This document shows positions 46,332 through 56,725 of a stretch of DNA of 64,000 nucleotides, piece by piece. The DNA comes from Verrucomicrobiota bacterium. GTDB lineage: Bacteria; Verrucomicrobiota; Verrucomicrobiia; Limisphaerales; JBBRPK01. A program made the position numbers and the translations under genes. The stretch covers positions 4,868 to 68,867 of the forward strand of contig JBBRPK010000012.1 of assembly GCA_038228235.1 (NCBI GenBank). The letters run 5' to 3'. Below the pieces are notes generated by a model. The model saw nothing but the letters and a program-made list of their open reading frames with translations, searched no databases and was not told the DNA's origin. How positions within the stretch are numbered: position 1 is the first letter of the stretch; every line of letters starts with the position of its first letter.

Positions 46332-46419
46332 TGGTGCCGGTGGTCGGACTCGAACCGACACGGCCTGTTACGGCCCCAGGATTTTAAGTCCTGTGCGTCT
46401 GCCATTTCGCCACACCGGC
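46332..46419 (-). tRNA. tRNA-Leu (anticodon UAA)
   Basis: GCCGGTGTGGCGAAATGGCAGACGCACAGGAC-TTAAAA-TCCTG, long variable arm, GGTTCGAGTCC T-arm, encoded CCA. Confidence 0.97.
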
Positions 46420-46609
46420 AACCTTTAAGCAACCTGAGCCTTGCAGAGGGCTGTCCATCCCATGTTTAGGCATCGCTAACAATATCCAAAGCCCGTAAAT
46501 GGGCAAGAGGCCAACCTCAACGCAAAATCCGCAAGAAAGCGAACAAAAGGTTAGTAGGAGGAAAGGAAGACAACAAAGTTGAAAAAAGAACTCGTTCTGT
46601 TGGCTAGCT

Positions 46610-47539
46610 TCACCAATCTTTAAAGACCCGATCGGTCCGATTGGTTTTGATTTTCGGAATGAAAACCATCGTTTTTTCCTCGTTTTTCTGAGCGTCCAAC
46701 AAGCGCTGCGCATCCTGCAGAGTCATCTGCACCATCATCCCTTTGCGGGGTTGCGCTTGATCCTCTGCATTCTCCGGGTTCTTTTCTTTTGATTCGTTGC
46801 TCTTTTGCGACTGAGCTTGCTTTTGGTCGTCCTTCTTCGAGTCTGGCTTTTCCTTGGCTTGGTTTTCTTCGGGTTTTTCCTCGGGAGACGGTTTTTTCTG
46901 CTCGGACTTGCTCTGCTCCTGTTGCTTTTTTTGATCTTCCTTGGACTGTTGATCCTGTTTGGATTGCTCGTCCGGTTTCGATTGATCTTGTTTGGATTGG
47001 TCTTTCTGATCCTCTTTAGATTGCTGATCTTTCGGATCTTTTTTGGACTGATCCTGTTTTTGCTGTTGCTGCTTTTGTAACTCTTCCAATTTCTTTTTAA
47101 CCAATTCGAGATTGAACTTTGCGTCCTGATCGTTTGGATTCAGCTTAAGCGCACTCTCGTAACTGGAGATGGAATGCTCCCAATGGCCTTGCTTTTTGTC
47201 GGGCCCGGAACTCCCCTCCCCGAGGCGGTAATCGGTGTTGCCCAAATCGTAATAAGCGCGTTCCTGAAGCTGCAGGTCCGGGGTCACGAGGGCAGAATTT
47301 AATTGCTTGAGCGCCTCGTCAAAATCGTGGACTTGGAAGGCGGCCACGCCCGCGTTGAAATGCAGGCGGGGATCATCGGGCTTCTCCATCAACAACCGTT
47401 TGTATTCGCGGAGAGCGGATTCGTATTTGCCCGCCTCGTACCGCTTCAACGCGGAGGAAGGCGATGCCAAGGTTGTGGCGGGATCTGCCAGGAAGCACAG
47501 CGCCAGGCTTAGCAGTAATTGTGTTTTCAACTCATTCAT
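46610..47539 (-). CDS. BatC-like TPR protein with Q/K/D/E low-complexity linker
   Basis: Signal peptide from MNELKTQ; TPRs (FNAGVAAF, YYDLGNTDY, YESALKLNPNDQDAKFNLE); AQRLLD; terminal KDW as in Bat proteins. Confidence 0.8.
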   Translation of the reverse strand: MNELKTQLLLSLALCFLADPATTLASPSSALKRYEAGKYESALREYKRLLMEKPDDPRLHFNAGVAAFQVHDFDEALKQLNSALVTPDLQLQERAYYDLGNTDYRLGEGSSGPDKKQGHWEHSISSYESALKLNPNDQDAKFNLELVKKKLEELQKQQQQKQDQSKKDPKDQQSKEDQKDQSKQDQSKPDEQSKQDQQSKEDQKKQQEQSKSEQKKPSPEEKPEENQAKEKPDSKKDDQKQAQSQKSNESKEKNPENAEDQAQPRKGMMVQMTLQDAQRLLDAQKNEEKTMVFIPKIKTNRTDRVFKDW

Positions 47540-47699
47540 ACTCTGCGCCAACCAAAAGGCCAGCCAAAGCCGTAGAATCCATAGCCCTTTTGCGCGTTTT
47601 GTCAATTGTGGATTGGTCCGCTCCGCTGGCGGTAAGATTGGCCAGTCCAGCCGGGCGAAAGGGAAATCGGCTGTTCTCCCGACGGAAGGGACGGCTAAA

Positions 47700-48443
47700 T
47701 CAGTTTAACGGCTGCTTGGGCACGGTCACCGTGCCGGGGAGCCGTTCGTCCGGAAAATAAACTTTGACGGGGTATTGCTTGGCGTCACTGAAAGATCTGA
47801 TCAACCATTTTTCGACAAAGTCGGCGGTCTGCTTTCGGCCGGTTTCACGGATTAGAGGAATGTTTTCTTTGGCGCGAATCGCGGCCAAGCCAGTAACGGA
47901 TCTTTTCAAGTTCTCCTGGGCTTCAGGGGTTTTGAAATAGCCCTTTTTTACCTCATAAGTAATGGCAGACGCATCAACCGCTGGCTTATTGAATCTTATT
48001 GGGGGCGCGAGCACATACATCACGTTGTCCTGGAGCACGAATTGCCAGTTCGCGTTGAAATCGAGGTAATAGGTGTACTCAACAGGAGCGCGCGCTTCCA
48101 CCACCACATCGGGAAGCACCGGATAGCCAAAAACGGTTGTCGGTTGTTCGCGCGTGAAAACCTCCGTTTGTTTCAAAGTGGCAAACTGAAAATAATGCTG
48201 GTTGCTAATAGTGGTAGCGTAGCTGACGAATGAGGTTGTGATCGTCCCACGCTTAAACGCGGAGGCCAAATCCGCCAGAACTTTGCCCGCTGTGCCAGCC
48301 ATCTCTCCCGGGATATCCCGGCAGGATTTAAAGGCATAAACGCCGGAGCCGGCCAAAATCAAAACGATGACCATCCACATCGTCGCTTTTGCCCACGGGT
48401 GTTGCGTTCGCGCTGGAATCTGCTCGCCGGACTTTTCTGGCAT
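47700..48443 (-). CDS. Membrane-anchored protein, DUF4230-like
   Basis: Single N-terminal TM; EARAPVEYTYYLD..APPIRFNKPAVD pattern. Probable ATG at 48443 (ORF extends to 48479). Confidence 0.6.
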   Translation of the reverse strand: MPEKSGEQIPARTQHPWAKATMWMVIVLILAGSGVYAFKSCRDIPGEMAGTAGKVLADLASAFKRGTITTSFVSYATTISNQHYFQFATLKQTEVFTREQPTTVFGYPVLPDVVVEARAPVEYTYYLDFNANWQFVLQDNVMYVLAPPIRFNKPAVDASAITYEVKKGYFKTPEAQENLKRSVTGLAAIRAKENIPLIRETGRKQTADFVEKWLIRSFSDAKQYPVKVYFPDERLPGTVTVPKQPLN

Positions 48444-48571
48444 GGTGAAGATGTAACCTGACGGGCGGTTAATGGCCAATGCGAAACTTAACGCGGCTCA
48501 AATTGCGTTCGCGGGCTTCCGGGCTTCGCCGAAAGACTTGACCCGCATTTAATCCGGGCCAGTTTAGGGCG

Positions 48572-48751
48572 ATGCAGATGTCCGAATCCATCCAATGCCC
48601 TTTCTGCGGGCAGAGTTTCGAGTTGGTCATTGATACCAGCGTCGCATCGCAACGTTTCACCACTGATTGCGAGATCTGTTGCCATCCCTTTGAGGTTTTG
48701 GCGGAATGCGAGCCAGGGGAAATCTTGACCCTGGAAGCGCAGGGAACTTGA
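48572..48751 (+). CDS. CPXCG-motif cysteine-rich small protein (59 aa; absent from ORF track)
   Basis: Manual translation MQMSESIQCPFCGQSFELVIDTSVASQRFTTDCEICCHPFEVLAECEPGEILTLEAQGT matches the CPxCG..D.S..Q....DCxxCCxP family pattern. Confidence 0.88.
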   Translation: MQMSESIQCPFCGQSFELVIDTSVASQRFTTDCEICCHPFEVLAECEPGEILTLEAQGT

Positions 48752-48823
48752 CCAGGACGAAAGCTCGCCGGATCGTTTGCGGGCGCAGCCAGAAAGGAAG
48801 GACTGCGCCCGCTGAGGCCACCA

Positions 48824-49066
48824 TCACCCGACTTCTGTTGCCATGGGAGGCAAAGCATTACGGCGGTGGAAGCGTAGACACCCGGCTGTCGCTCTATCAA
48901 CATGCGTCCACGTTATCGCATGCTCCTCTTTTAAGGTCACCGCCGTAAATCGTTTAAGGCTCAAAGGGTTGAGAGCGGGTGGGAATCGCCTTTTTTTGAG
49001 AGGAAGCGTGAAATCCACGCTTTCTGAGTAAATTAAGTGGAGAGTGGTTTTGCACTTGGTTTTCAT
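48824..49066 (-). CDS. Hypothetical small protein (80 aa)
   Basis: MKTK start with upstream GAAAGG; fills an intergenic gap; no recognisable motif. Confidence 0.3.
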   Translation of the reverse strand: MKTKCKTTLHLIYSESVDFTLPLKKRRFPPALNPLSLKRFTAVTLKEEHAITWTHVDRATAGCLRFHRRNALPPMATEVG

Positions 49067-49311
49067 AAGAGTTGTTATTCGCCTTTCACATCTGTTGAGT
49101 GAGATAAAGCATTAGTGGGGCCATCCTAATAATGAGAATGGAGCGCCTCGGTCCCGCAAATCGCGAGATCGGGGTAAGAGACGTCCTCAGCTCGCGATTC
49201 GCGCACTGGTGGTCAGGGCCAGTGAGAAAGTCATTCCCGGCCGGAGCGCCGCCGCTCCGCTACTTTGTCACAGGCCCTGACGTGATGATTGCCTTCAAAC
49301 CGGAGTTTGTT

Positions 49312-49340
49312 TTGTCTCGGCGGTATGGTTTTGCTAAAAT
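49312..49340 (+). promoter_or_regulatory. Sigma70-like promoter of addB (probably leaderless)
   Basis: TTGTCT-17 bp-TAAAAT, 7 nt before ATG 49348. Confidence 0.6.
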
Positions 49341-49347
49341 CGAGGTC

Positions 49348-52300
49348 ATGCATGTAAGCTTTTTGCTCGGGCCGGCCGGGAGTGGAAAGACTTTCCGCTG
49401 CCTGGCGGAGGTGCGGGCAGCATTGGCCTCTGCGCCCGATGGCCCACCGCTGGTGTTTTTGGCGCCCAAGCAAGCGACCTTTGGATTGGAGCGGGAGTTA
49501 TTGGCTGACCCGGAATTGCCCGGCTACACTCGTTTGCAGATTCTTTCATTCGAGCGGCTGGCCGAATTTGTCTTGAACCAATTTTCTTCAACCCCGCCGA
49601 GAATCTTAAACGAGGAGGGGCGAGTGATGGTGTTGCGGGCCTTGCTCAGCCGCCATCACTCGCAATTGAAAATCTTCGCTGCCAGCGCGCGGCGGCCTGG
49701 GTTTGCGCAGGAGTTGAGCAAGCTCCTCAACGAATTCCAGCAGCATCAGCTTTCACCGGAACGGTTGGTCAAGGTTTCGGAGGAGAGCCGGCCTGGGACG
49801 CACTTAAAGGACAAGCTCCACGACCTCGCTTTGCTGCTTCGGGTTTATCTCGATTGGCTGGAGCAGAATCAATTGCAGGACCCCAATGGGCGGCTGGAAC
49901 TCGCGGCCGGCGCGGTCAAAGCGGCCAGGGATCAATCCAATTTCCAGATCGAAGGTTTGTGGCTCGACGGCTTTGCCGAAATGAGTCCACAGGAGCTGGA
50001 TTTGCTGGCGGCGCTCATTCCCAGTTGCGAACGCGTGACTTTGGCCTTTTGCCTTGATGGCGAACCCGTCCAGGGAGATGAGTGGCACTCGATGTGGGCC
50101 ACCATCAGCCGGAGTTTTTATCGATGCTATCAGCGGCTGGAAGTCCTGCCCGGCTTCCAATCAACCACTCATGCGCTCGACCGGCATCCAATCAACAACC
50201 GCTTCGCGGCCAGTCCCGTCTTGGCCCATCTGGAGCAGTTCTGGGTCCTGCCACGGCCTTTCACCCCCGAAATCCCTGAGGTTCCTAACGCATCACCCGC
50301 CACAGATTATGAACCCGTTCAGGTTTTCACTTGTCCCGATCCTGAGACCGAAGCGGTGGTCGCCGCCCGAGCTATCCTGAAACATGTCCGTCAGGGTGTT
50401 GGCCGCTTCCGTGATGTGGCAGTAATGGTCCGATCTCTTGATGATTATGAACGCGTGCTCTGCCGGGTTTTTACCCGTTATGGCATTCGCTTTTTTGTTG
50501 ATCGTCGCGAACGGGTTTCGCATCACCCGTTGGCGGAATTGACCCGGTACGCTCTGCGCGTGGTGGTCTCGAACTGGGAACACGCCGATTGGTTTGGCGC
50601 GCTGAAAACAGGCTTGATCCACGCCGACCAGGAAGCTATCGATCGCTTGGAGAACGAAGCTCTCGCTCGCGGCTGGCGCGGCCCCGTCTGGCTGCATCCT
50701 TTAAGCCAGGAGCCGCAAGATAAAGGCTTCGAACAATTCCGCAGACAGGTGGTTCCACCGTTCAGCCGATTCGCCGACCGCCTCATCCTCGTTCAACGTC
50801 AGCCCACGGGTGCGGAACTCGCGGGCGCCTTGCGAGCTTTGTGGGAAGAGTTGGGGGTGGCGGAAACGCTGCAGGATTGGAGCCACGCGGCAGCTTCAGC
50901 CAAGGGCGATTCACGAGACTTTATCGTGCAATCCGAAATTCATCTTCAAACCTGGGCAGAGATGGAAAGTTGGTTGGACAACCTGGAATTGGCTTTCGAA
51001 ACCACGCGGCTGCCACTAGCCGATTGGATTCCGGTGGTCGAGGCTGGCTTGGCTAACCTTAGCGCCGGCGTGATTCCCCTGGCTCTGGACGAAGTGTTGA
51101 TTGGGCAAGTGGATCGTTCCCGGAATCCCAATCTGGAAATGATGATCCTGTTGGGTCTGAACGAAACGGTCTTCCCCGCGTCTTCGCCACCGCCGGTGTT
51201 GTTAATCTGCCACGACCGTGAAACGCTGGAGGGCCGCGGCCTGACCCTCAGTCTGGGAGAGCGGGAGCAAATCGGCCACGAGCGACTCCTCGGCTATATG
51301 GCCTGCACCCGCGCCCGGAAAAGACTTGTGCTAACTTACGCTGATCGCGATCGGAAGGGCAAAGCCCTCAACCCTTCTCCGTTCATCAATCACCTGCAAC
51401 GCCTCTTTCCCGGTCTGGAGCCTAAACAAGGTGGCCCTTGTGATTGGCGTCAAAGCCTTCATCCCCACGAACTGGTCGTTCCGCTTCTGCAGAATCGGGC
51501 CCACAACTTGGTAAGTCCAATGTCCAGAAACCAAAGTTTGGCCGCGCTTGGAACACTGCCGCTTTTTGCGCCGGTGATCGCCCGTTGGGACCAGATTGCG
51601 AAGGCCAGGTCGGTCACGCGATTATCCCAGGGCCTGGCAAATAGACTCTATGGGACGGAACTGAAAACTTCCATCAGCAACCTGGAGGATTATGCGGCCT
51701 GCCCGTTCAAATTCTTCCTCGCTCGTGGTTTGCGCGCCGAGGAGCGGAAGGAGTTTGAAGTGGACTCGCGCGAGCGCGGGAGCTTTCAACACGAAATCCT
51801 CATGGAATTCCATCGGCATCTCCAGTCTGAGGGCAAGCGCTGGCGCGACCTGACGAAGGCCGGCGCGCGCGAGCTTGTCGGCGAAATTGGCAGAAGTCTG
51901 CAGCAAACTTTCCGCCAGGGTCTCTTTTCCAGCACTCCCGAAAGGTGTTTCACCGCTCGCACATTGATCGAAAGTTTGCAAAACTTTATCGAAGTGCTGG
52001 CAAGTTGGGCGCCGCAGTATCTCTTCGAGCCGCAGGCGGTGGAAATTAGCTTCGGGATGGAGGAGGGCCTCAAGGGCTGGCGCATCGATCTGGGCAATGG
52101 CCATCACTTGCTTTTGCGCGGACGAATCGATCGCGTTGACTTGCAACGACAGCCCAACGGCGAAGCCTATGCAGTGGTCATCGATTACAAATCAAGCGGC
52201 CAGGAATTGGAGCAAGTCAAACTGATCAATGGCCTGGATTTGCAATTGTTGGCCTATCTGGGCGTGTTGCGCGACGCGTCCAACGCCGCAGAGATCTTCG

Positions 52301-52767
52301 GCGCCTCAAAGCTTGTCCCGGGAGGCGCATTCTACGTCAGCCTGCGCAGCCATGGCGGGGCCGGGAGAAATCGAATCGAGGTCTTGCAGGAAACCGAAAC
52401 GCGGCGCCAATCGGGCTACCAGCACCGGGGCCGTTTTCGCGCCGACCTGCTCCACGCCTTCGACAATCGTCAGGGCGCCAAGGGGGACCAGTTCCGGTAT
52501 TCGCTCAAAAAGGACGGCGCTTTTAGCAAGAACGGCAACGAAGCCTTGTCCGAGCGCGAATTCCTGGGGCTGGTGGATCAGATAAAAGAATTTCTGCGCC
52601 AATACGCCCAGGAAATTTACGAGGGGAATGTGCGAATCGAACCCTACCGCCACAAATCCCACAAAGCGTGCGACTATTGCGACTACCTTTCGGTTTGCCG
52701 TTTTGATCCGTGGGTTGATCCTTACCGTGCGCTAAAATCAGAGGTTGCGGATGACCACACTCACTGA
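49348..52767 (+). CDS. addB: ATP-dependent helicase/nuclease subunit B
   Basis: GPAGSGKT, DGF, CPF, RGRIDRVD..VIDYKS nuclease motif, CDYCDYLSVC Fe-S ligands. ATG 49348 supported by a promoter-like element. Confidence 0.92.
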   Translation: MHVSFLLGPAGSGKTFRCLAEVRAALASAPDGPPLVFLAPKQATFGLERELLADPELPGYTRLQILSFERLAEFVLNQFSSTPPRILNEEGRVMVLRALLSRHHSQLKIFAASARRPGFAQELSKLLNEFQQHQLSPERLVKVSEESRPGTHLKDKLHDLALLLRVYLDWLEQNQLQDPNGRLELAAGAVKAARDQSNFQIEGLWLDGFAEMSPQELDLLAALIPSCERVTLAFCLDGEPVQGDEWHSMWATISRSFYRCYQRLEVLPGFQSTTHALDRHPINNRFAASPVLAHLEQFWVLPRPFTPEIPEVPNASPATDYEPVQVFTCPDPETEAVVAARAILKHVRQGVGRFRDVAVMVRSLDDYERVLCRVFTRYGIRFFVDRRERVSHHPLAELTRYALRVVVSNWEHADWFGALKTGLIHADQEAIDRLENEALARGWRGPVWLHPLSQEPQDKGFEQFRRQVVPPFSRFADRLILVQRQPTGAELAGALRALWEELGVAETLQDWSHAAASAKGDSRDFIVQSEIHLQTWAEMESWLDNLELAFETTRLPLADWIPVVEAGLANLSAGVIPLALDEVLIGQVDRSRNPNLEMMILLGLNETVFPASSPPPVLLICHDRETLEGRGLTLSLGEREQIGHERLLGYMACTRARKRLVLTYADRDRKGKALNPSPFINHLQRLFPGLEPKQGGPCDWRQSLHPHELVVPLLQNRAHNLVSPMSRNQSLAALGTLPLFAPVIARWDQIAKARSVTRLSQGLANRLYGTELKTSISNLEDYAACPFKFFLARGLRAEERKEFEVDSRERGSFQHEILMEFHRHLQSEGKRWRDLTKAGARELVGEIGRSLQQTFRQGLFSSTPERCFTARTLIESLQNFIEVLASWAPQYLFEPQAVEISFGMEEGLKGWRIDLGNGHHLLLRGRIDRVDLQRQPNGEAYAVVIDYKSSGQELEQVKLINGLDLQLLAYLGVLRDASNAAEIFGASKLVPGGAFYVSLRSHGGAGRNRIEVLQETETRRQSGYQHRGRFRADLLHAFDNRQGAKGDQFRYSLKKDGAFSKNGNEALSEREFLGLVDQIKEFLRQYAQEIYEGNVRIEPYRHKSHKACDYCDYLSVCRFDPWVDPYRALKSEVADDHTH

Positions 52768-55700
52768 CTCTCAGAGGAAGGCCATTCAAGAGCGTGGCAA
52801 CCTGCTGGTGGTGGCCGGCGCGGGCACCGGGAAAACAAGCACCCTTGTTCATCGATGTGTTAGCCTTTTACTGGAGGAAGCCTGTTCGTTGGAAGAAATC
52901 TTGATGGTCACTTTCACCGAAGCGGCGGCCGCCCAGATGCGCAACCGGATTCGCGCCGAGCTGCTGCGACTGCAGGCTTCGCTCCCCGCAGATTCTCCCC
53001 AGGCCTCTACATTGCGAAAGCAAATCGCCTTGCTGGACACAGCGCATATTTGCACTCTCCACAGTTTTTGTTTCCAACTTGTGCGGGCGCATTTTTACCA
53101 ACTCGGCATCGACCCAGCTGTCACGGTCCTGGACGAGAGGCAAACCGCGCCGCTCATCCTGCGAACGCTGGACGCGCTTTTCAGCGGCTATTATGCGGGC
53201 GAGGGACCGGAGGCGAGGGCCGTCCAGGAATTGATCCGAGATCTGGGCAGCGGCGATGACCAAAACATCCGTGGTCGATTGGTGAAGCTTCATCGCCACA
53301 TGCAGGCCTTGGATGATCCAGAAGGCTGGCTGGCCGGGCAGGAAGCGATCTATCAGGAAGAAACACCGGTTGCCTGGGGTCGCTGGTTCGAGGACTGGTT
53401 GTGCGAATGGCGGAAAGTGTCGCTCCCGGAACTGGAGCCCTGCCGGAACATTCCCGCGGTTGAGCTGTTCATTCAGACCTTGGCGGCGCTTCCGAACCGG
53501 CCCAGCCTCGAAGAAGGAAGAGAGGCTTTGCGACGCCTAAGGGAAGCTGACACTAATGACGATAACTGGCCGAGGGGCGCTAAAACTAAAACTCGCGCGG
53601 CATTGAAGAACTTCCTGGCTGACCTTGAGTTCATGGCCGCAGCGGTCGAAGCTGGGGGACTCGAAGAAGATTGGCAATGGGTGCGGGGACGAGTGTGCGC
53701 GCTGCTCCAAATGACTCGCGAGTTCACCGCCGCTTTCACCAACGCGAAGCGGGAGCTGGGCGGGCTTGATTTCTCCGACCTCGAGCAATTCGCTCTACGC
53801 CTGCTGAACGACCCTTCCGTCGCCCATCAGTGGCAGCAGCGGCTGCGATTCATCTTCGTGGATGAATGCCAGGACATCAATCGCGCTCAGGACGCGATTA
53901 TCACCGCCCTCAGCCGCGAGACCAGCCAGCCCAATCGCTTCCTCGTGGGAGACGTGAAGCAAAGCATCTATCGATTCCGTCTGGCCAACCCGAAGATTTT
54001 TTGCGAGTACGAAGAACTATGGCGAGAAGGCCAGGACGGCACACGGATAGCGCTGGCGGATAATTTCAGAAGCCGCGAAGCGCTTCTGGATTTCATCAAT
54101 CCGCTCTTTGCCGCCCTCATGCGCTCGGAAGTAGGCGGGGTGGCATACTCGGGCGATGTGCAGTTACGCTTCGGGAGCCCGGAAAAGCGCGCGCACCTTT
54201 CGAGGCAGGCTTCCCTGACTGAAAACCCCCGAGTGGAATTGCACTTGATCGATCAAACAGATACGGAGGCGGATCCTGCGGGCGGCGATGAGGACGCAAT
54301 CGAGACGCGGGAAGGCTTGCTCAATCTACTGGCCATCGAACGGGAAGCGCGGCTGGTGGGCCTGCGTCTTAAAGCCTTGAGGGAGGAAAAGCATTTGATC
54401 TGGGACCCGGAAGCGGAGGAATTCCGACTGGCCGAGTGGCGCGACATGGTTGTGCTCCTGCGCTCGCCAGCCGGCAAAGCGGAAGCATTCGCAAAAGAAT
54501 TCCATAGGCTTGCGATTCCTCTGTCAGCGGCTCGCCACGGATTCTTTGAGAGCGCAGAAATTCAAGACCTGCTTAGTCTCCTTAAACTCATCGATAATCC
54601 GCTGCAGGATGTTCCTTTGCTGGCGGTGTTGCGCTCGCCCTTGGCTGGTTTTTCCCTTGATGAACTGGCGGAGGTTCGCGCGCACAACCAGGAGAAGCCC
54701 TTCTGGGCGGCGCTGAAGAAATTTCATCAGCGCCCTCCTGACAAGCGGGGAGAGGCAGTGAAAGAGGCTTTGGGAATGACACACTCCGACGAGCCGGGAA
54801 CGCTGACGGCTCTCGCTGAGAGTGCTTGGGCCAAAGTCGATTTGTTCCTGACCCAATTCCCTCGCTGGCGTGAGCTGGCCCGCCAGAACTCGCTGTCTCA
54901 GTGCCTTGAGACGACGTTGAGCGAGACGCATTATGAGGCGCTGCTGCTGGCGGAACCACGGGGTGAGGAGCGCGTCGCAAATGTGCGCCGTCTGCTGGGG
55001 TTGGCCAGTGAGTATGATCCTTACAGGCGTCAAGGGCTCTACCGTTTCCTTCGTTTCGTTGAGGACCAGCAGGAGGCCGAGGTGGAATTAGAACCTGCCT
55101 CGGGCCCGTCGGAAAATGTCGTCCGTCTGATGAGCATCCACAAGAGCAAGGGTCTGGAGTTCCCCGTGGTTGTTCTGGCAGGGCTCGGAGGCCAGTTCAA
55201 TTTCCGGGATTTGAGCCAGGATTTTTTGCTGCACGAAACTTACGGCCTTTGTCCAAAAGTGAAGCCTCCGGGTTCGGATAGGAGCTATCCGAGCCTCCCT
55301 TATTGGCTGGCCGGGCGGCACGAGAAACGGGAACTGCTCGGCGAAGAAATGCGTCTGCTTTATGTCGCGCTGACTCGAGCGCGCGACACGTTGATTCTCG
55401 CTGGCACGTGCAAAGACCCTCACTGGAGCCAACCCAGTGGCGCGGATGTCCAAGTGACCACGGGGGAAATAATGAGTGCCCGCAAGTATTCGGATTGGCT
55501 GTTGATGTGGCTGCCGCAAGTGACCTCACCAACGGATTGGCTCAGCGAGCAGGAAGGACGAACGGCCCTGCTGCGCTGGAAAATCTATGCGGCAAATGAT
55601 CCACAACTCATGCGCGGGCAGGGTGTCGATGGCCAGCCCATAAACGGCCCCGGACTGATCGAGGAACTGGATGAAGTAAGTTTGCCCAGATTTCAGGACC

Positions 55701-56413
55701 GAATGCTCTGGCGATATCCCTTTGCCGCTGCCACGGTTGAACCCGCCATTAAACGGGTTTCCAGCCTGATTTGGGAACGAGCCGAAGTCATCGATGATGC
55801 GCAGCTCCTGTTCAGCTATGGGTCGTCCACCCTTTTGGCCACCCCCACCAGGGCCAGGACTCGCCCGGACAGCATTCTGGCCGCAGCCGAGATCGGCTCT
55901 GCACACCATCGCTTTCTGGAGTTCGTCTCTCTGGCCAGCGTCACTTGTTTGGAGAGTCTGAAACAGGAAGCTGGTCGCATGTTAGCGAATGGCATCTTAA
56001 CCGCGGAAGAGGCCCAGGCATTGGATTTGAAGGCGTTGCTGGCTTTTTGGCAATCGGACATCGGCGCGAAAATCCTCGCACAGGAACTGAGCGTCCATCG
56101 CGAAATTCCGTTCACTGCCCGATTTTCTGTCCAGGACCTTTCGTCCTTGAATCTGTGCGCGGATGCGGCGGCTTTGCAGGACGAATATTTTGTAGTGCGG
56201 GGCAAGGCGGACCTGGCGGTGTTGCTCCCCAAGGAAATCTGGCTGCTCGATTTCAAGACCGATCAGTTTAGGAAGACGGGAAGCGAAGAAAAAATTCAGC
56301 AGTACGCCCCCCAACTGAAACTTTATGCGCTCGGCTTGAGCCGGATTTACCGGCGCCCGGTCACCAACCGCTGGCTTCACTTTTTAAAGCTGGAAGAAAC
56401 GGTGACAATTTGA
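52751..56413 (+). CDS. addA: ATP-dependent helicase/nuclease subunit A
   Basis: AGAGTGKT, TFTEAAA, VDECQD, VGDVKQSIYRFR, SIHKSKGLEF, YVALTRAR, C-terminal DFKTD nuclease. Confidence 0.95.
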   Translation: MTTLTDSQRKAIQERGNLLVVAGAGTGKTSTLVHRCVSLLLEEACSLEEILMVTFTEAAAAQMRNRIRAELLRLQASLPADSPQASTLRKQIALLDTAHICTLHSFCFQLVRAHFYQLGIDPAVTVLDERQTAPLILRTLDALFSGYYAGEGPEARAVQELIRDLGSGDDQNIRGRLVKLHRHMQALDDPEGWLAGQEAIYQEETPVAWGRWFEDWLCEWRKVSLPELEPCRNIPAVELFIQTLAALPNRPSLEEGREALRRLREADTNDDNWPRGAKTKTRAALKNFLADLEFMAAAVEAGGLEEDWQWVRGRVCALLQMTREFTAAFTNAKRELGGLDFSDLEQFALRLLNDPSVAHQWQQRLRFIFVDECQDINRAQDAIITALSRETSQPNRFLVGDVKQSIYRFRLANPKIFCEYEELWREGQDGTRIALADNFRSREALLDFINPLFAALMRSEVGGVAYSGDVQLRFGSPEKRAHLSRQASLTENPRVELHLIDQTDTEADPAGGDEDAIETREGLLNLLAIEREARLVGLRLKALREEKHLIWDPEAEEFRLAEWRDMVVLLRSPAGKAEAFAKEFHRLAIPLSAARHGFFESAEIQDLLSLLKLIDNPLQDVPLLAVLRSPLAGFSLDELAEVRAHNQEKPFWAALKKFHQRPPDKRGEAVKEALGMTHSDEPGTLTALAESAWAKVDLFLTQFPRWRELARQNSLSQCLETTLSETHYEALLLAEPRGEERVANVRRLLGLASEYDPYRRQGLYRFLRFVEDQQEAEVELEPASGPSENVVRLMSIHKSKGLEFPVVVLAGLGGQFNFRDLSQDFLLHETYGLCPKVKPPGSDRSYPSLPYWLAGRHEKRELLGEEMRLLYVALTRARDTLILAGTCKDPHWSQPSGADVQVTTGEIMSARKYSDWLLMWLPQVTSPTDWLSEQEGRTALLRWKIYAANDPQLMRGQGVDGQPINGPGLIEELDEVSLPRFQDRMLWRYPFAAATVEPAIKRVSSLIWERAEVIDDAQLLFSYGSSTLLATPTRARTRPDSILAAAEIGSAHHRFLEFVSLASVTCLESLKQEAGRMLANGILTAEEAQALDLKALLAFWQSDIGAKILAQELSVHREIPFTARFSVQDLSSLNLCADAAALQDEYFVVRGKADLAVLLPKEIWLLDFKTDQFRKTGSEEKIQQYAPQLKLYALGLSRIYRRPVTNRWLHFLKLEETVTI

Positions 56414-56557
56414 GGCCCTCCAATTTCTAACCAGGCGGCCATGATGCGCCTCCCCTTGCCAACCCCCGCCAAACGAGCCAGGGGGGACACCAAAAAGGCG
56501 CCTGTAGTTGCTGGGTTGCGCAGCAACTCCCATTTTGGCAGCGGAACGGCACAAGTC

Positions 56558-56627
56558 TCGGAAGGACGAGTTCCACGAGTCCCTGATCTCTTAAGCAAAT
56601 AGGGACTCGTGGAACTCGTCCATCCGA
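56558..56627. repeat. REP-like palindrome
   Basis: Perfect 21-bp arms GGACGAGTTCCACGAGTCCCT (56564-56584) and AGGGACTCGTGGAACTCGTCC (56601-56621). Confidence 0.75.
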
Positions 56628-56725
56628 CCCCACAGGGTTCCAAACTGCCATAATGAATTGCTGTGGGTTGCGAACGCGCAGTTGCCCATCGCGCGGGCTT
56701 TGTATAACTTGGTCCAGGAATTGCC

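Noticed and set aside
49132-49347. N-terminal extension of AddB
   Set aside because: Homology starts at MHVSFLLGPAGSGKT, and a promoter-like element lies directly before ATG 49348.
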